50,241 bases of DNA from Actinomycetota bacterium (GCA_010030895.1 RHBS01000001.1:1-50241); one strand, 5' to 3'. Shown: positions 1-9,821, numbered from the stretch's first letter. Notes: generated by a model from the letters alone, not told the origin. Translations and numbers: made by a program.

Positions 1-84
1 TTAATTGAAGAGGCGATGCGCCTTGCTGAAGAAATGCAGGCAGCTGGTGTGGCATCAGGAGAACCATCTGTCGCAGTTCAATAG
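1..84 (+). CDS. ispG: 3' end of flavodoxin-dependent HMBPP synthase IspG (partial)
   Basis: Frame 1 reads LIEEAMRLAEEMQAAGVASGEPSVAVQ*, resembling the actinobacterial IspG C-terminus; ispG typically precedes proS. Confidence 0.75.
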   Translation, partial: LIEEAMRLAEEMQAAGVASGEPSVAVQ

Positions 85-85
85 G

Positions 86-91
86 TAGGCT
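86..91 (+). promoter_or_regulatory. -10 element (TAGGCT) of probable leaderless proS transcript
   Basis: TANNNT hexamer 6 nt before ATG at 98; no SD. Confidence 0.6.
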
Positions 92-97
92 TTACCT

Positions 98-1813
98 ATG
101 TTAAGGATGTCGACATTATTGTTGCGCACTTTGCGTGATGATCCAGCAGATGCTGAGGTTGCATCCCATAAATTATTAATTCGGGCTGGCTATGTTCGCC
201 GAATTGCTGCTGGTATCTACTCTTGGCTACCACTTGGTTATCGCACTTATCGAAAAATAGAGAACATTATTAGGCAAGAGATGGATGCCGCTGGTTTTCA
301 AGAGGTGCACTTTCCAGCACTACTTCCAAAAGATCCATATGAGGCGACAAATCGATGGGCTGAGTATGGTCCAGATTTATTTCGATTACAGGATAGAAAA
401 AAGAATGATTTTCTATTAGGTCCAACCCATGAGGAGATGTTTACCTTAATGGTAAAAGGAGAGTTTTCTTCTTATAAAGATTTACCACTTTCTATTTATC
501 AAATACAAACAAAGTATCGAGATGAACCTCGTCCTCGAAGCGGAATAATCAGGGGCAGAGAGTTTGTAATGAAAGACTCTTACAGCTTTGATATTGATGA
601 TGCTGGACTTGAGGTTTCATATAACCAACATCGACAGGCTTATATTAAAACCTTTGATCGTCTGGGATTAAAGTACAACATTGTTTCGGCCATGAGTGGT
701 GCAATGGGTGGTTCAAAATCTGAAGAGTTTTTAGCACCATGTCCAACTGGTGAAGATACATATGTTTTGTGTAATGGCTGTGGTTATGCAGCAAATGTTG
801 AAGCGATGGTGACAAAAGTTTCTACATATAAGGGTGAAAAAGTGGGAGCTATTGAGGAATTAGATACCCCAAATACCCCCACAATTGATTCCTTAGTTGA
901 GTTATTCAATAGTAAGTACTCTGCAAATATTTCAGCGGCTGATACCTTAAAAAATGTATTATTGATGGCAGATGAGAAGCCCATCTCAGTTTTAGTTCCT
1001 GGAGATCGCGAGGTAGATCTGAAACGCTTGGGTGCAAACTTAGTTGGTGTTAAGGATTTAAGATTATTTGAGGATGCAGATTTTGCAAAGTATCCAAAAT
1101 TAGTAAAGGGTTATGTAGGTCCCCAGGATGCAAAGGCTTTTGGTTTAAAACTATATGCTGATCCGAGAGTTATTGAAGGTTCACATTGGGTAACTGGTGC
1201 TAATAAGAGAGATAAACATGCAAAAAATGTTACCTGCGGACGTGATTTTGTAGTTGAGCAGTATGTCGAGGCGGCTGAGGTTAAGGCTGGTGATGCATGT
1301 CCTAAATGCGCTAAGCCAGTTGTGATTGATCGGGCAATTGAAATTGGACATATTTTCCAATTAGGTCGAAAGTATGCACAAAGTTTAGATTTAACTGTTT
1401 TAGATAAAGCGGGGAAGCCAGTAGTTGTAACAATGGGTTCATATGGAATTGGAGTTTCAAGAGCAGTTGCTGCTATTGCAGAGCAGAGTTACGATGAATT
1501 AGGACTTTGCTGGCCAAGTGAAATCGCACCAGCTGATGTTCATATTGTGGCAACTGGTAAAGAGGATCAACCATTTGATGTCGCAGAACAAATCGCAAAA
1601 GATTTAGAAGCAAAGGGTTTAGAGGTCTTACTTGATGATCGCCGGGATGCAAGTGCTGGTGTGAAGTTTAAAGATGCTGAATTGATCGGTATTCCTAAAA
1701 TAATAATAGTTGGAAAATCCTTAGTTGATGGCAAAGTTGAGATAAGAGATCGAAAATCTTCAGCAAAGCATGAAGTTGCAGTAGCTGATGTTGTTAAAAA
1801 TATTCTCAACTAA
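98..1813 (+). CDS. proS: Proline--tRNA ligase
   Basis: Class II motifs (LGPTHEE, YRDEPRPRSG, EIGHIFQLG, MGSYGIG), editing insertion, anticodon-binding domain. Confidence 0.98.
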   Translation: MLRMSTLLLRTLRDDPADAEVASHKLLIRAGYVRRIAAGIYSWLPLGYRTYRKIENIIRQEMDAAGFQEVHFPALLPKDPYEATNRWAEYGPDLFRLQDRKKNDFLLGPTHEEMFTLMVKGEFSSYKDLPLSIYQIQTKYRDEPRPRSGIIRGREFVMKDSYSFDIDDAGLEVSYNQHRQAYIKTFDRLGLKYNIVSAMSGAMGGSKSEEFLAPCPTGEDTYVLCNGCGYAANVEAMVTKVSTYKGEKVGAIEELDTPNTPTIDSLVELFNSKYSANISAADTLKNVLLMADEKPISVLVPGDREVDLKRLGANLVGVKDLRLFEDADFAKYPKLVKGYVGPQDAKAFGLKLYADPRVIEGSHWVTGANKRDKHAKNVTCGRDFVVEQYVEAAEVKAGDACPKCAKPVVIDRAIEIGHIFQLGRKYAQSLDLTVLDKAGKPVVVTMGSYGIGVSRAVAAIAEQSYDELGLCWPSEIAPADVHIVATGKEDQPFDVAEQIAKDLEAKGLEVLLDDRRDASAGVKFKDAELIGIPKIIIVGKSLVDGKVEIRDRKSSAKHEVAVADVVKNILN

Positions 1814-2580
1814 TGAGTATTGAGATTGCGATCTTTTTAGCGATCGCATCAGGATTTGCAGGTTTTGTCGATGCCATGGCAGGCGGTGGTGGATTAATTC
1901 AATTACCCGCACTAATCATAGGCCTACCTAATAAAGATATTGCTTTGATTTTAGGAACAAATAAGGTGCCTTCAGTTTTTGGAACGGCAGCAGCAGCGAG
2001 AAATTACTTTAAAAATATTAAACCTGATATTCCATTAACTCTTACTATGATGTTGCCAGCCTTCATTGGCTCAATGGCGGGCGCTGCTTTAGCTGCATCG
2101 GTACCAGTTAGTTTTTTTAGGCCATTTATAGTTTTACTTTTAATCACCGTAGCTATCTACACCTGGCGCAAGCCGCAATTAGGAATGGCTGAGAATTTAA
2201 AATTTACTCGTAATAAAAGATTAGTGCTTGTGGCGTTGATTGGATTTTTAATTGGCTTTTATGATGGAATTTTTGGTCCAGGGACTGGCACATTTTTAGT
2301 CTTCTTTTTAGTATCGGTTATTGGTTATGCTTTTTTAAAAGCCTCCGGGACTGCAAAACTTGTAAATTTATCTACAAATATCGGAGCAATACTTAGCTTT
2401 CAACTTACCGGACATATTTGGTGGCAATTGGGGTTACTTTTAGCTTTTGCAAATGTAACTGGGGCAATTATTGGTTCTCACTTGGCAATTAAAGGTGGAT
2501 CTGCCTTAGTACGGAAAGTATTTTTACTTGTAGTCTTCCTACTCATCACTCGCGTTGCTTGGGATACTTTTATAAGTTAA
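1813..2580 (+). CDS. TSUP (TauE/SafE) family membrane transporter
   Basis: GFVDAMAGGGGLI, GTNK and GFYDGIFGPGTG motifs; hydrophobic 255 aa; TAATG overlap with proS. Confidence 0.88.
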   Translation: MSIEIAIFLAIASGFAGFVDAMAGGGGLIQLPALIIGLPNKDIALILGTNKVPSVFGTAAAARNYFKNIKPDIPLTLTMMLPAFIGSMAGAALAASVPVSFFRPFIVLLLITVAIYTWRKPQLGMAENLKFTRNKRLVLVALIGFLIGFYDGIFGPGTGTFLVFFLVSVIGYAFLKASGTAKLVNLSTNIGAILSFQLTGHIWWQLGLLLAFANVTGAIIGSHLAIKGGSALVRKVFLLVVFLLITRVAWDTFIS

Positions 2581-2615
2581 ACTGGTAATACAACTTAATA
2601 TCGAAGAGGGTAAAA

Positions 2616-3062
2616 ATGGGAAGAAAAGAAGAGATATCAGCGGCAATTACACCCGCACTGACTGCGCTTGGTTTTTATTTAGAGGATTTAAATATCTCAT
2701 CAGCTGGAAAGCGATCCTTATTAACAGTAATTGTTGATGCTGATCGCCATCTATCCTTGGATGAGGTAACGCAAGCTACTAAAGCAATTTCTGAAATCGT
2801 TGAAAATATTCCAGCTCTAGGAGCTACCCCTTTCACATTAGAGGTAACATCGCCAGGAGTTGACCGACCATTAACTAAACCTAGACATTGGCGAAAAAAT
2901 ATTAATCGCCTAGTAAAGATTATTTTGCAAGATGGAAAAGAGATTAAAGGCAGAATCAAATCTGCAAGTGAAATCTCAGCCACGATAGATGAAGTTGAAA
3001 TTTCCTATGCAGATATAAAACGTGCCAATCTTGAGATTGAATTTAAGCAGGTTGGTAAATGA
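2616..3062 (+). CDS. rimP: Ribosome maturation factor RimP
   Basis: LEVTSPGVDRPL motif; upstream of nusA. Confidence 0.95.
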   Translation: MGRKEEISAAITPALTALGFYLEDLNISSAGKRSLLTVIVDADRHLSLDEVTQATKAISEIVENIPALGATPFTLEVTSPGVDRPLTKPRHWRKNINRLVKIILQDGKEIKGRIKSASEISATIDEVEISYADIKRANLEIEFKQVGK

Positions 3063-4087
3063 GTGTTGATGTTGAAGCACTTAAGGTATTAGCTGCAGAG
3101 AAAAAACTTCCGCTTGAGCGATTGATTAATGCTATTGAAAATGAGGTGGCAGCAGCTTATGCAACTTTACCTGGTGCAAAACCCCATGGCCGTGCAGTAT
3201 TAAATCGACAAAGTGGTGAGATTGTTATTTATGTTCCAGTTTTAGGTCCGGATGGTGATCGTATTGATACGGTAACTGATAATCCAGATGGATTTAGCAA
3301 GTTAGCTGATAAGAGTGCTCGCAAGGTTATTAAAGAAAAAATGCGGGAGGCAAAAGATCTTGAGGTAGTAACTGAGTTTTCTGGCTCAGTTGGGGATGTG
3401 ATTAGTGGCATTGTTCAGCAAGGAAGAGATGCTGATGTAATTTATGTAAATTTAGGACGGGTAGAGGGAAAAGTTCCGCCATCAGAGCAGGTTAAAGGTG
3501 AAGTTTTTAAACATGGCGATCGCATAAAATGTTTTGTGGTTGATGTTAAACAAGGTGAAAAGGGCCCTGAGGTGACACTCTCACGTTCACATCCAGCTTT
3601 TGTAAAAATGTTATTTGCACTTGAAGTTCCTGAGATAAAGGATCGAGTGGTAGATATTGTTGGTATCGCTCGCGAAGCCGGTGCTAGAACAAAACTTTCA
3701 GTTCGAACACATCGAGCAGGGGTTTCACCCAAGGGTGCCTTAATTGGTCCACAAGGTTCAAGGGCGCAAAATGTTATGAATGAGTTAAATGGTGAAAAAA
3801 TTGACATCATTGATTACTCAGATGATCCAGCAGTTTATGTTGCTAATGCATTAGCGCCAGCAAAGGTTAGCTCTGTGGAGATAGTGGATTTAGCGAATAA
3901 ATCAGCCAAGGTGATTGTGCCTGATTATCAATTATCACTTGCTATTGGTAAAGATGGCCAAAATGCCAGGCTGGCTGCTCGCCTTACACAATGGCGAATT
4001 GATATCCATCCAGATAATCCAGTAACGCAGATTAAGGCGGAAAATACCGATCCTCTGCCAATCATTTCACCTACCGAAGGGGCTTAG
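3059..4087 (+). CDS. nusA: Transcription termination factor NusA
   Basis: S1 and KH domains (AREAGARTK, GEKIDII, QLSLAIGKDGQNARLAARLT). Confidence 0.97.
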   Translation: MSVDVEALKVLAAEKKLPLERLINAIENEVAAAYATLPGAKPHGRAVLNRQSGEIVIYVPVLGPDGDRIDTVTDNPDGFSKLADKSARKVIKEKMREAKDLEVVTEFSGSVGDVISGIVQQGRDADVIYVNLGRVEGKVPPSEQVKGEVFKHGDRIKCFVVDVKQGEKGPEVTLSRSHPAFVKMLFALEVPEIKDRVVDIVGIAREAGARTKLSVRTHRAGVSPKGALIGPQGSRAQNVMNELNGEKIDIIDYSDDPAVYVANALAPAKVSSVEIVDLANKSAKVIVPDYQLSLAIGKDGQNARLAARLTQWRIDIHPDNPVTQIKAENTDPLPIISPTEGA

Positions 4088-4099
4088 GGTAGAGTTTAG

Positions 4100-4363
4100 A
4101 TGTCTAAGAAAAAGCTCAGGCAACGCAGTTGTATCGCATGCCGAAAGCTTGAGAATTGGACAGATTTAATTCGCACGGTATTAGTCAATAATGAAGTTAA
4201 AGTTGACTTAAACCATCGAATGCCAGGTCGGGGAGCGTGGCTTCACCGAAATTGCTTTCAGGTGGCACTTGAGCGAAAGGCATTTAATAGATCCTTCAAA
4301 ATTGAAGGAGATATTAAATTTAATGAGATTGAAGATTACTTAAAAAATTTAAGTGATTATTAA
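4100..4363 (+). CDS. ylxR: YlxR/RnpM (DUF448) family RNA-binding protein
   Basis: RSCIACR and PGRGAWLH motifs; between nusA and infB. Confidence 0.9.
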   Translation: MSKKKLRQRSCIACRKLENWTDLIRTVLVNNEVKVDLNHRMPGRGAWLHRNCFQVALERKAFNRSFKIEGDIKFNEIEDYLKNLSDY

Positions 4364-4382
4364 TAGTACGGAGCGAGCGAGA

Positions 4383-4428
4383 ATGACACTCTAATGAGCA
4401 CTGCAAGATTATGAGTAGGTCAATTTAG
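4383..4428 (+). other. Chain of three overlapping mini-ORFs in the infB leader (MTL*, MSTARL*, MSRSI*)
   Basis: ATG ACA CTC TAA (4383-4394), ATG AGC ACT GCA AGA TTA TGA (4394-4414), ATG AGT AGG TCA ATT TAG (4411-4428), joined by TAATG and ATGA overlaps; GGAG at 4370-4373. Confidence 0.6.
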
Positions 4429-4453
4429 GCTCGAACGTAAATAACGTCGGGCC
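4428..4453 (+). promoter_or_regulatory. Hairpin directly 5' of the infB Shine-Dalgarno
   Basis: GGCTCG-A-ACGT-AAATA-ACGT-CGGGCC forms about 10 bp (one G-U, one bulge); AGGAG follows at 4454-4458. Confidence 0.6.
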
Positions 4454-4468
4454 AGGAGATGGAGAAGT

Positions 4469-7093
4469 GTGGCCAAGGTCCGCGTTTATGAATTAGCTAA
4501 AGAGTTAGGGCTTGAAAGTAAAGAGCTACTAGCCAAGCTACAAGAGGTTGGCGAATTTGTTCGCTCAGCATCATCAACTGTTGAAGCACCGGTAGTGCGT
4601 AAGTTGATGGATAAGTTTCCAGAGTTAGTTCCCGCTGAAGCTGCGCCAAAAACTAAAAAAGCTCCAGCAAAAAAAGCCGCTGCTAAACAAACTGTAAAGG
4701 TTGAGGATTTACCTCCAGAGTTACAGCAAATGATTGAAGATGCAACACCAACTACACCGCCAACAAGAGCTGCAGCACCTTCACAGCCACCACGGGCTGC
4801 AAATAATCCATTCTCTTCAACTCCATCTGCATTACCGCGTCCACCAAGAGCTGGAAATAATCCATTTAGTTCTGGCGCTGGACCACGTCCACCAGCAAGA
4901 CCAATTAGACCAGGTGAAGCAGGTCGAGGTGGTGAAAAATTAAAACCAGGTCAACGTCCACCAATGTCAGGTGCTCGTCCTGGATCAGTACGTCCTGGAT
5001 TTGCAGCACGTCCAGCACAAAATAATCCAAGACCAAACTCAGGTGGTCCTTCAACTAGACCATCAACATCCTCATCACCATATCGCTCTCCATCTTCATC
5101 ACCATCTACTGGTTCACCATTTGGTGGTAAGGGCGGCGGACGCCCACCACAACGTGGTGGTGCAGCGGGTGCATTTGGCAAAGGTGGTAAAGGTAAAAAT
5201 AAAAATCGCGGACAAAAGAGTAAGAAAGAAAGACGTGAAGATTTTGAAAATCTACCAGCACCACAATTAGGTGGTGCCGTAGTACCACGCGGTGATGGCA
5301 AGACGGTAGTTCGCATGCGTCGCGGTGCAACATTGATGGATTTCGCCGAAAAAATTAAGGCTGATCCGGCAGCACTGGTATCGGCTTTGTTTCACTTAGG
5401 TGAGATGGTAACTGCGACCCAATCTGTAGATGAGGATACATTTACTTTACTTGGGGCTGAGTTGGGATTTGTGATTCAAATTGTTAGCCCAGAGGATGAA
5501 GATCGAGAGTTACTTGAAGAGTTTGATATCAATCTAGAGCAAGAGTTGGCAGAGATTGATCAAGAGGATTTAGTAGTGCGCTCGCCAATTGTTACCGTTA
5601 TGGGTCACGTAGATCACGGTAAAACAAGATTACTTGATGCAATTCGTTCAACTGAAGTGGTTAAATCCGAAGCTGGTGGAATCACTCAGCACATTGGTGC
5701 ATACCAGATTCATCATGATCAAAATGGCGTTAATCGGGCTATTACATTTATCGATACCCCAGGACATGAGGCATTTACCGCAATGCGTGCTCGTGGTGCC
5801 AAGGTTACCGATATTGCAGTTTTAGTGGTTGCCGCAGATGATGGCGTGATGCCGCAGACAATTGAAGCACTAAACCATGCTCAAGCGGCAGATGTACCGA
5901 TTGTGGTTGCAGTAAACAAGATTGATAAAGAGGGTGCTAATCCGGACAAGATTCGTCAACAATTAACTGAATACAACTTAATTGCTGAAGAGTATGGCGG
6001 CCAGACTATGTTTGTAAATGTTTCGGCGCTATCAGGTAAAGGTATAAATGAATTAATCGATGCAATTTTACTTACTGCAGATGCAGCTATTGATTTACGA
6101 GCTGTTGCAGATGGAATTGCTCGTGGTGTAGCGATTGAGGCAAATCTTGATAAGGGAAGAGGACCAGTTGCAACTGTATTAGTCCAACGAGGAACCTTAA
6201 ATGTTGGTGATGCAATAGTTGCCGGTGGGGCCTACGGACGAGTTCGGGCAATGTTAGATGAGCATGGACAAACAGTTGATGTTGCTGGCCCATCAAGACC
6301 CGTACAGGTTCTGGGATTTACCTCCGTACCAAGTGCCGGTGATTCGTTCATCGTTGCCGAGGATGATCGAACCGCAAGACAGATTGCTGAAAAGCGACAA
6401 TTAGCGTCGAGAAATGCTTCCTTAGCAAAGGCACGAAAGAAAGTTTCTCTAGAAGACTTCCTAGAGCAATCAAAGGTAAGTACTTTGAATTTGATTCTAA
6501 AGGGAGATGTATCTGGTTCTGTGGAGGCTTTAGAAGATGCGTTAGTTCAATTAGATGTTGGCACTGAGGTTGATCTTAGAGTTATTCATCGTGGTGTCGG
6601 TGCTATTACTAAGAACGATGTTACTTTGGCCTCAGCATCAACTGCTGTGATTATTGGATTTAATGTTAAACCAGAGCCACAAACTGCAATTTTTGCAGAA
6701 CATGAAGGGGTAGAGGTTAAGTTCTACACCGTTATCTACAAAGCTATTGAAGAGATCGAAGCATCACTTAAGGGTCTACTTAAACCAGAGTTTGAAGAGG
6801 CAGTCCTTGGAAATGCCGAGGTTAGGGATATATTCAAATCAAGTAAGTTTGGAAATATTGCGGGCTGTATGGTCTCTGATGGAAATATCAGAAGAAATGC
6901 CAAGGTCAGAACTATGCGAGCTGGTGTTGTAATTGGTGAAAACTTAACTATTGAATCTCTACGCAGATTTAAGGATGATGCTACTGAGGTTCGTGAGGGA
7001 TTTGAGTGTGGTATCGGACTTGGCTCATTTAAAGATCTACAGGTTGGAGATGTAATTCAGGCATATGAAATTCGCGAGAAAAAGCGAGCGTAA
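4469..7093 (+). CDS. infB: Translation initiation factor IF-2
   Basis: [13 protein letters not shown] and NKID GTPase motifs; [14 protein letters not shown]-terminus; Pro/Gly/Arg-rich linker. Confidence 0.99.
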   Translation: MAKVRVYELAKELGLESKELLAKLQEVGEFVRSASSTVEAPVVRKLMDKFPELVPAEAAPKTKKAPAKKAAAKQTVKVEDLPPELQQMIEDATPTTPPTRAAAPSQPPRAANNPFSSTPSALPRPPRAGNNPFSSGAGPRPPARPIRPGEAGRGGEKLKPGQRPPMSGARPGSVRPGFAARPAQNNPRPNSGGPSTRPSTSSSPYRSPSSSPSTGSPFGGKGGGRPPQRGGAAGAFGKGGKGKNKNRGQKSKKERREDFENLPAPQLGGAVVPRGDGKTVVRMRRGATLMDFAEKIKADPAALVSALFHLGEMVTATQSVDEDTFTLLGAELGFVIQIVSPEDEDRELLEEFDINLEQELAEIDQEDLVVRSPIVTVMGHVDHGKTRLLDAIRSTEVVKSEAGGITQHIGAYQIHHDQNGVNRAITFIDTPGHEAFTAMRARGAKVTDIAVLVVAADDGVMPQTIEALNHAQAADVPIVVAVNKIDKEGANPDKIRQQLTEYNLIAEEYGGQTMFVNVSALSGKGINELIDAILLTADAAIDLRAVADGIARGVAIEANLDKGRGPVATVLVQRGTLNVGDAIVAGGAYGRVRAMLDEHGQTVDVAGPSRPVQVLGFTSVPSAGDSFIVAEDDRTARQIAEKRQLASRNASLAKARKKVSLEDFLEQSKVSTLNLILKGDVSGSVEALEDALVQLDVGTEVDLRVIHRGVGAITKNDVTLASASTAVIIGFNVKPEPQTAIFAEHEGVEVKFYTVIYKAIEEIEASLKGLLKPEFEEAVLGNAEVRDIFKSSKFGNIAGCMVSDGNIRRNAKVRTMRAGVVIGENLTIESLRRFKDDATEVREGFECGIGLGSFKDLQVGDVIQAYEIREKKRA

Positions 7094-7095
7094 TC

Positions 7096-7515
7096 ATGCC
7101 CAGTAAGAGACCACTTCAAGTTGCAGATCGAATTAAAGAATTGATCGCAAACACTTTAGAGTTACGGGTAAAAGATCCAAGACTTGGGTTCATTACGATC
7201 ACGGATGTGAGAGTAACTGGCGACTTACAGCAGGCCTCAATTTTTTATACTGTGTTAGGTGATAACGCGGCTCGTGAATCAACCGCAGCTGCCCTAAATA
7301 GTGCAAAGGGAATGCTGCGTTCTGAGGTTGGGCGATCATTGGGTTTAAGAGTTACGCCATCGCTGGAGTTTTTCCTAGATGGGATGGCTGAGTCGGCAAC
7401 GGCAATGAATGAATTAATAGAACAAATGCATAAGGCAGATGCAGAGGTTGCAAAATTAAGAGCTGGTGCAAAACCAGTTGCAGAAGATCCATATAAAAAA
7501 CACGACTCTCGGTGA
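7096..7515 (+). CDS. rbfA: 30S ribosome-binding factor RbfA
   Basis: KDPRLGFITITDVRVTGDLQQA motif; follows infB. Confidence 0.96.
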   Translation: MPSKRPLQVADRIKELIANTLELRVKDPRLGFITITDVRVTGDLQQASIFYTVLGDNAARESTAAALNSAKGMLRSEVGRSLGLRVTPSLEFFLDGMAESATAMNELIEQMHKADAEVAKLRAGAKPVAEDPYKKHDSR

Positions 7516-7519
7516 TTCA

Positions 7520-8413
7520 ATGAATGGCTTTTTGTTAGTTGATAAAGCCGGCGGTATGACAAGCCATGATGTTGTGGCGATGACAAGAAAGAGGTTAAAC
7601 ACCAAAAGAGTTGGCCATGCCGGGACTTTAGATCCTATGGCAACTGGAGTTTTAGTACTTGGCGTTGGAATTGCAACCAGATTATTACCATACATAACAG
7701 ATGGTAAAAAAGCATACGATGCAACTATTTCCCTAGGCTCGGCTACCCACACTGATGATAAAGAGGGTGAGCTAACCTTTAAAGCTAATCCTGATTTAAT
7801 CAAGCAAATAACAGATCAACAGATAACGGAAGCGACCGCAAAATTTATTGGCAAGATAAAACAAAGGCCAAGTTCAGTCTCGGCAATCAAAATAGATGGA
7901 AAATCCGCTCACGCCAGAGTGAGAGCTGGTGAGATTGTAGATATTCCAGAGCGTGAGGTAGAAATTGATGAGATAAGTATTAATAAAATCCGCCACTTAA
8001 GTGATTCGATTGAAATAGATGCCTCAGTAACTTGCTCATCTGGTACTTATATCCGGGCTATCGCCAGAGATCTTGGCGAAAAACTTAAATTAGGCGGCCA
8101 TTTAACCGCTCTAAGAAGAACCTTAGTCTCACCATTTTTTCTAGAACAATGCCAATCAATCACAGATGCAAAATTAATCCCAATTTCTGAAGTCATAAAT
8201 AAGATATTTCCAATAAGAATTGCTAAGAAAGCTGAATGTCAAGAGATTAAGTTTGGTCGTAGTGTAGAGCAAAATTCAGTGAATGGAATTGTGGCAGCAC
8301 TGGATGAGCAAAAAAACTTTGTTGCACTATTAGAAAATAAATTACAAGGCTCAGCCATAGTTGCAGCACCAATTCTTGTTAATACAACAGGTGAAGAACT
8401 AGGTGTGAAATAA
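7520..8413 (+). CDS. truB: tRNA pseudouridine(55) synthase TruB
   Basis: GHAGTLDPMATGVL and SSGTYIR motifs; start moved to ATG 7520 just after rbfA. Confidence 0.96.
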   Translation: MNGFLLVDKAGGMTSHDVVAMTRKRLNTKRVGHAGTLDPMATGVLVLGVGIATRLLPYITDGKKAYDATISLGSATHTDDKEGELTFKANPDLIKQITDQQITEATAKFIGKIKQRPSSVSAIKIDGKSAHARVRAGEIVDIPEREVEIDEISINKIRHLSDSIEIDASVTCSSGTYIRAIARDLGEKLKLGGHLTALRRTLVSPFFLEQCQSITDAKLIPISEVINKIFPIRIAKKAECQEIKFGRSVEQNSVNGIVAALDEQKNFVALLENKLQGSAIVAAPILVNTTGEELGVK

Positions 8414-8414
8414 T

Positions 8415-9296
8415 ATGGGCGTGAAAAAAGTTGTGGCCATAGGAATATTTGATGGAGTTCATGCTGGACACCAACAGATAATTGCTACCGCCAGGCATGC
8501 TGGTGAGGTAACTGTAATTACCTTTGATCCACATCCAACCTCTGTAATTGCACCTGAGCGAGCACCAACTCAGCTAGTGAATTTAAAGGACCGAATCTCC
8601 TTACTGAAAGAGGCAGGTGCAACTTTTGTTGAGGTTATTAACTTTAATAAAGATTTTTCAACTTTATCACCAGATCAATTTATTGAAGAAGTATTAGTTG
8701 GCAGATTTTCATCAGAACATGTAGTAGTGGGTGAGAACTTTAATTTTGGCTACAAAGCACAAGGAACCCCAAAGTACTTATCTGAGGTAGGACCAAAGTA
8801 TGGATTTGCCGTCTCAATTGTTAAGTTACAAGAGGATAGAGGATCAACTATTTCCTCTTCAAGAATTAGAAATTTGATAATTGATGGACAAATTGAGCGA
8901 GCTAATGAATTGTTAACCAGAAATTTTTACTTAAAAGGATTGGTAATTCATGGTGAAAAAAGGGGTCGAGAAATTGGTTATCCAACTGCGAATATTGGCT
9001 TAACAAATTTAGCTACGATTCCAGCAGATGGTGTTTATGCTGGATGGCTAAGTGTTGATAATCAAAGATGGCCAGCTGCAATATCAATTGGCACTAACCC
9101 AACTTTTCCCGGTGTTCGAGGTAGGCAAGTTGAAGCTTATGCCTTAGACCAAACTGATCTAGAGCTATATGACTTAGAAGCAAAGATAGAATTTGGATAT
9201 CGACTTCGCGACACTTTGAAATTTGATGGTTTAGAGCCATTACTTAAGCAGATGAAAAAAGATTGTGATCAGGCTAGAGAATTGACCAGTAAATAA
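8415..9296 (+). CDS. ribF: Bifunctional riboflavin kinase/FAD synthetase
   Basis: GIFDGVHAGHQ, ISSSRIR and GREIGYPTAN motifs. Confidence 0.96.
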   Translation: MGVKKVVAIGIFDGVHAGHQQIIATARHAGEVTVITFDPHPTSVIAPERAPTQLVNLKDRISLLKEAGATFVEVINFNKDFSTLSPDQFIEEVLVGRFSSEHVVVGENFNFGYKAQGTPKYLSEVGPKYGFAVSIVKLQEDRGSTISSSRIRNLIIDGQIERANELLTRNFYLKGLVIHGEKRGREIGYPTANIGLTNLATIPADGVYAGWLSVDNQRWPAAISIGTNPTFPGVRGRQVEAYALDQTDLELYDLEAKIEFGYRLRDTLKFDGLEPLLKQMKKDCDQARELTSK

Positions 9297-9330
9297 CGCT
9301 CAATTTGCCTCCGATTTTTAGTATCAACTA

Positions 9331-9350
9331 CTGCGCTGGTAATCTTTGCC
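9331..9350 (+). promoter_or_regulatory. rpsO promoter, extended -10 (TGG-TAATCT)
   Basis: CTGCGCTGGTAATCTTTGCC; near-identical motif upstream of rpsT. Confidence 0.55.
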
Positions 9351-9357
9351 CACTAAA

Positions 9358-9413
9358 GCGAGAAAGTGCGCCTTCGTGAGTAACACCGAGGCCCTCGTGA
9401 CAGACAGAAGGAG
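9358..9413 (+). promoter_or_regulatory. Structured rpsO 5' leader, probable S15 autoregulatory RNA
   Basis: Outer stem GCGAG/CTCGT, inner stem GCCTTCGTG/CACCGAGGC, then SD AAGGAG; S15 leaders are known in Actinobacteria. Confidence 0.5.
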
Positions 9414-9421
9414 CAATACCA

Positions 9422-9691
9422 ATGGCATTAACGCCACAAGCTAAAAAGGAAATCATTAGTAAGTACGGCTCATCTGCAACTGACACAGGTAGCCCAGAAG
9501 CACAGGTAGCACTTTTATCAAAACGTATTGATGAGATAACTGAACATTTGCAGACAAATAAAAAAGACCATCACAACCGTCGTGGATTGTTATTGATGGT
9601 CGGTAAGCGTCGTCGGATTTTGCAGTACCTCGCCAAGACAGATATTGAGCGCTATAGAGCGATAATCGAAAAGCTCGATCTTCGCAGATAA
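9422..9691 (+). CDS. rpsO: 30S ribosomal protein S15
   Basis: [12 protein letters not shown] and [17 protein letters not shown] motifs; 89 aa. Confidence 0.98.
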   Translation: MALTPQAKKEIISKYGSSATDTGSPEAQVALLSKRIDEITEHLQTNKKDHHNRRGLLLMVGKRRRILQYLAKTDIERYRAIIEKLDLRR

Positions 9692-9726
9692 ATAAAATCA
9701 GCAAAAAACTTTATCGTTAAGGGTTT

Positions 9727-9783
9727 TGGTCCTCGGTAGTGGTTTCCGGAAAATGGTTTCCGTGAACTTCGATCGAAGATCCA
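9727..9783 (+). ncRNA. Actino-pnp RNA motif (cis-regulatory pnp leader stem-loop)
   Basis: TGGTCCTCGGTAGTGG...CTTCGATCGAAGATCCA flanking an inner hairpin, directly 5' of pnp; matches my recollection of the Actino-pnp consensus. Confidence 0.75.
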
Positions 9784-9821
9784 TTCTCTTTATATAAAGT
9801 GTTGAGAAATGGAGATGACCC

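Noticed and set aside
4700-5270. Low-complexity repeats in infB ([20 protein letters not shown]) and His/Gln-rich alternative-frame ORFs
   Set aside because: Typical Pro/Gly/Arg-rich actinobacterial IF2 linker; the shadow ORFs are by-products of CCA/TCA codon runs.
7466-7519. Long N-terminal extensions called for truB (also phoH, IclR, leuC, azlD and the CorC-like gene)
   Set aside because: They overlap neighbours or promoters; downstream starts fit family N-termini and coupling or leaderless geometry better.
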